Shown: one piece after another, positions 6,892 to 7,590 of the stretch
Position numbering within the stretch: the first letter of the stretch is position 1
How the letters are laid out: each line of letters starts with the position of its first letter
Assembly: GCA_001179505.1 (NCBI GenBank)
Contig: CDMY01000971.1
Coordinates: 1 to 7,590 of the forward strand
Reading direction: 5' to 3'
Origin: Vitrella brassicaformis CCMP3155
Taxonomy: Eukaryota; Protista; Chromerida
Length of the DNA: 7,590 bases
Notes under the pieces: model-generated
The model's input: the letters and a program-made list of their open reading frames with translations, nothing else
What the model was told of the DNA's origin: nothing
The model's database searches: none
Program-made: the position numbers and the translations under genes

Positions 6892-7590
6892 ATGGGAGGC
6901 ATCTGGAGCGCACCGAACCCGTACAATACAGAGGAAAATCGGGCGATGTTGAGACGATTCAGTTGTGCCCTGCGGGAGATCCAGAAAGAGCTCCCCTGTT
7001 CCCTCGGCGCGGATGTCGACGTGGAGTCCCTCAGGCACTTCAACGAGATGCTCAACGAAGACGGAGTAAGCACGCGCTGCTCACTGAGCGAGCCGTCCAG
7101 TGAGTGAGTACATACCTGTCCTGTACACTCGCGCAGACAATCAAGGCGGACCGAAGGAAGGAGTTCGTCATCAAGTGCGGCGCGATTGCGCTACGACGCC
7201 GAATGGATGAGCGGGACAGACTGATAGAGGAGCGCGGCGTCGCTTACGTCCAGTCAGCAAGGGGGATGATGCTCCATCGACTGAGCTAGCTTGTCTGTCT
7301 GTCTGTCTGTCTCCTCGTGTGCGTGTCAGGCGCTTGGAGCAGAAGAACGGCCCGATAGTGCCGAAAGGGGGGGAAACTGTCATTAACCGTAACACTCGTC
7401 TGTGTGTCCGTGATACTCATACAAATACAGTCCCATCAGCACGCAGACTCAAACAGGCTCAAGGGGAGGAGGGATCAATCCCCGCCCCATCAGCACACCC
7501 CAGTCCCGCAAACCCTCCCCTCCCTCCCCCACGCAGACAGAAGCTAGTCGCACGCGCGAGGGCGATAGACAAGCGAGAGCGAATCCATCC
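6892..7590 (+). CDS. Hypothetical protein with N-terminal myristoylation motif, 3'-partial; join(6892..7065, 7137..7252, 7330..7388, ...)
   Basis: MGGIWSAPNPYNTEENRAMLRRFSCALREIQKELPCSLGADVDVESLRHFNEMLNEDG|TIKADRRKEFVIKCGAIALRRRMDERDRLIEERGVAYVQ|RLEQKNGPIVPKGGETVIN. Introns 7066..7136 (GTAAGC...gcAG, phase 0) and 7253..7329 (GTCAGC...gtcAG, phase 2) restore frame. A third donor lies at 7389 with an ambiguous acceptor (7430 or ~7537-7540). An upstream in-frame ATG at 6733 is possible, but that segment looks UTR-like. Confidence 0.7.
7293..7312. repeat. (GTCT)5 tetranucleotide repeat in intron 2 of the plus-strand gene
   Basis: Direct read of the sequence. Confidence 0.95.

Noticed and set aside
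6249-7103. 284-aa plus-strand ORF and 174-aa minus ORF 6060..6584 over the divergent region
   Set aside because: Low-information Ser/Leu/Cys/Arg-rich translations. The minus ORF only borrows dehydrogenase exon 2; the real frames are explained by the spliced models.
1-7590. Four genes as one novel pathway or operon-like system (e.g. Agrobacterium-style opine/T-DNA locus or CntLM metallophore cluster)
   Set aside because: No T-DNA borders, transporter, nicotianamine synthase or catabolic partner is present. The genes are spliced, have their own intergenic regions and share no motif. Adjacency alone is not evidence.

Overview
Eukaryotic, GC-rich, intron-dense genomic DNA. Introns are short GT-AG introns filled with AC/GT/CT microsatellites, which fits a chromerid-type alveolate such as Vitrella; this taxon call is inference from style only. 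The ORF track is fragmented by introns, so I assembled genes by hand from splice sites and frame continuity. Four protein-coding genes are supported. (1) The 5' exon of a minus-strand gene running off the left edge, with a possible beta-grasp/ubiquitin-like N-terminal domain. (2) A minus-strand ~720-aa protein-kinase-fold protein with degenerate catalytic motifs (probable pseudokinase), a polyQ/Pro linker and an unrecognised Trp/Gly-rich C-terminal module. (3) A 14-exon, 478-aa opine dehydrogenase (octopine/tauropine DH family) with an intact catalytic His/Arg/Asp set, a remodelled amino-acid pocket and extra N- and C-terminal tails. (4) A plus-strand gene, head-to-head with the dehydrogenase, starting with an N-myristoylation motif and running off the right edge. 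No RNA genes, CRISPR arrays or transposons were recognised. I found no evidence that the four genes form one functional system. The strongest leads are the altered-specificity opine dehydrogenase and the pseudokinase.
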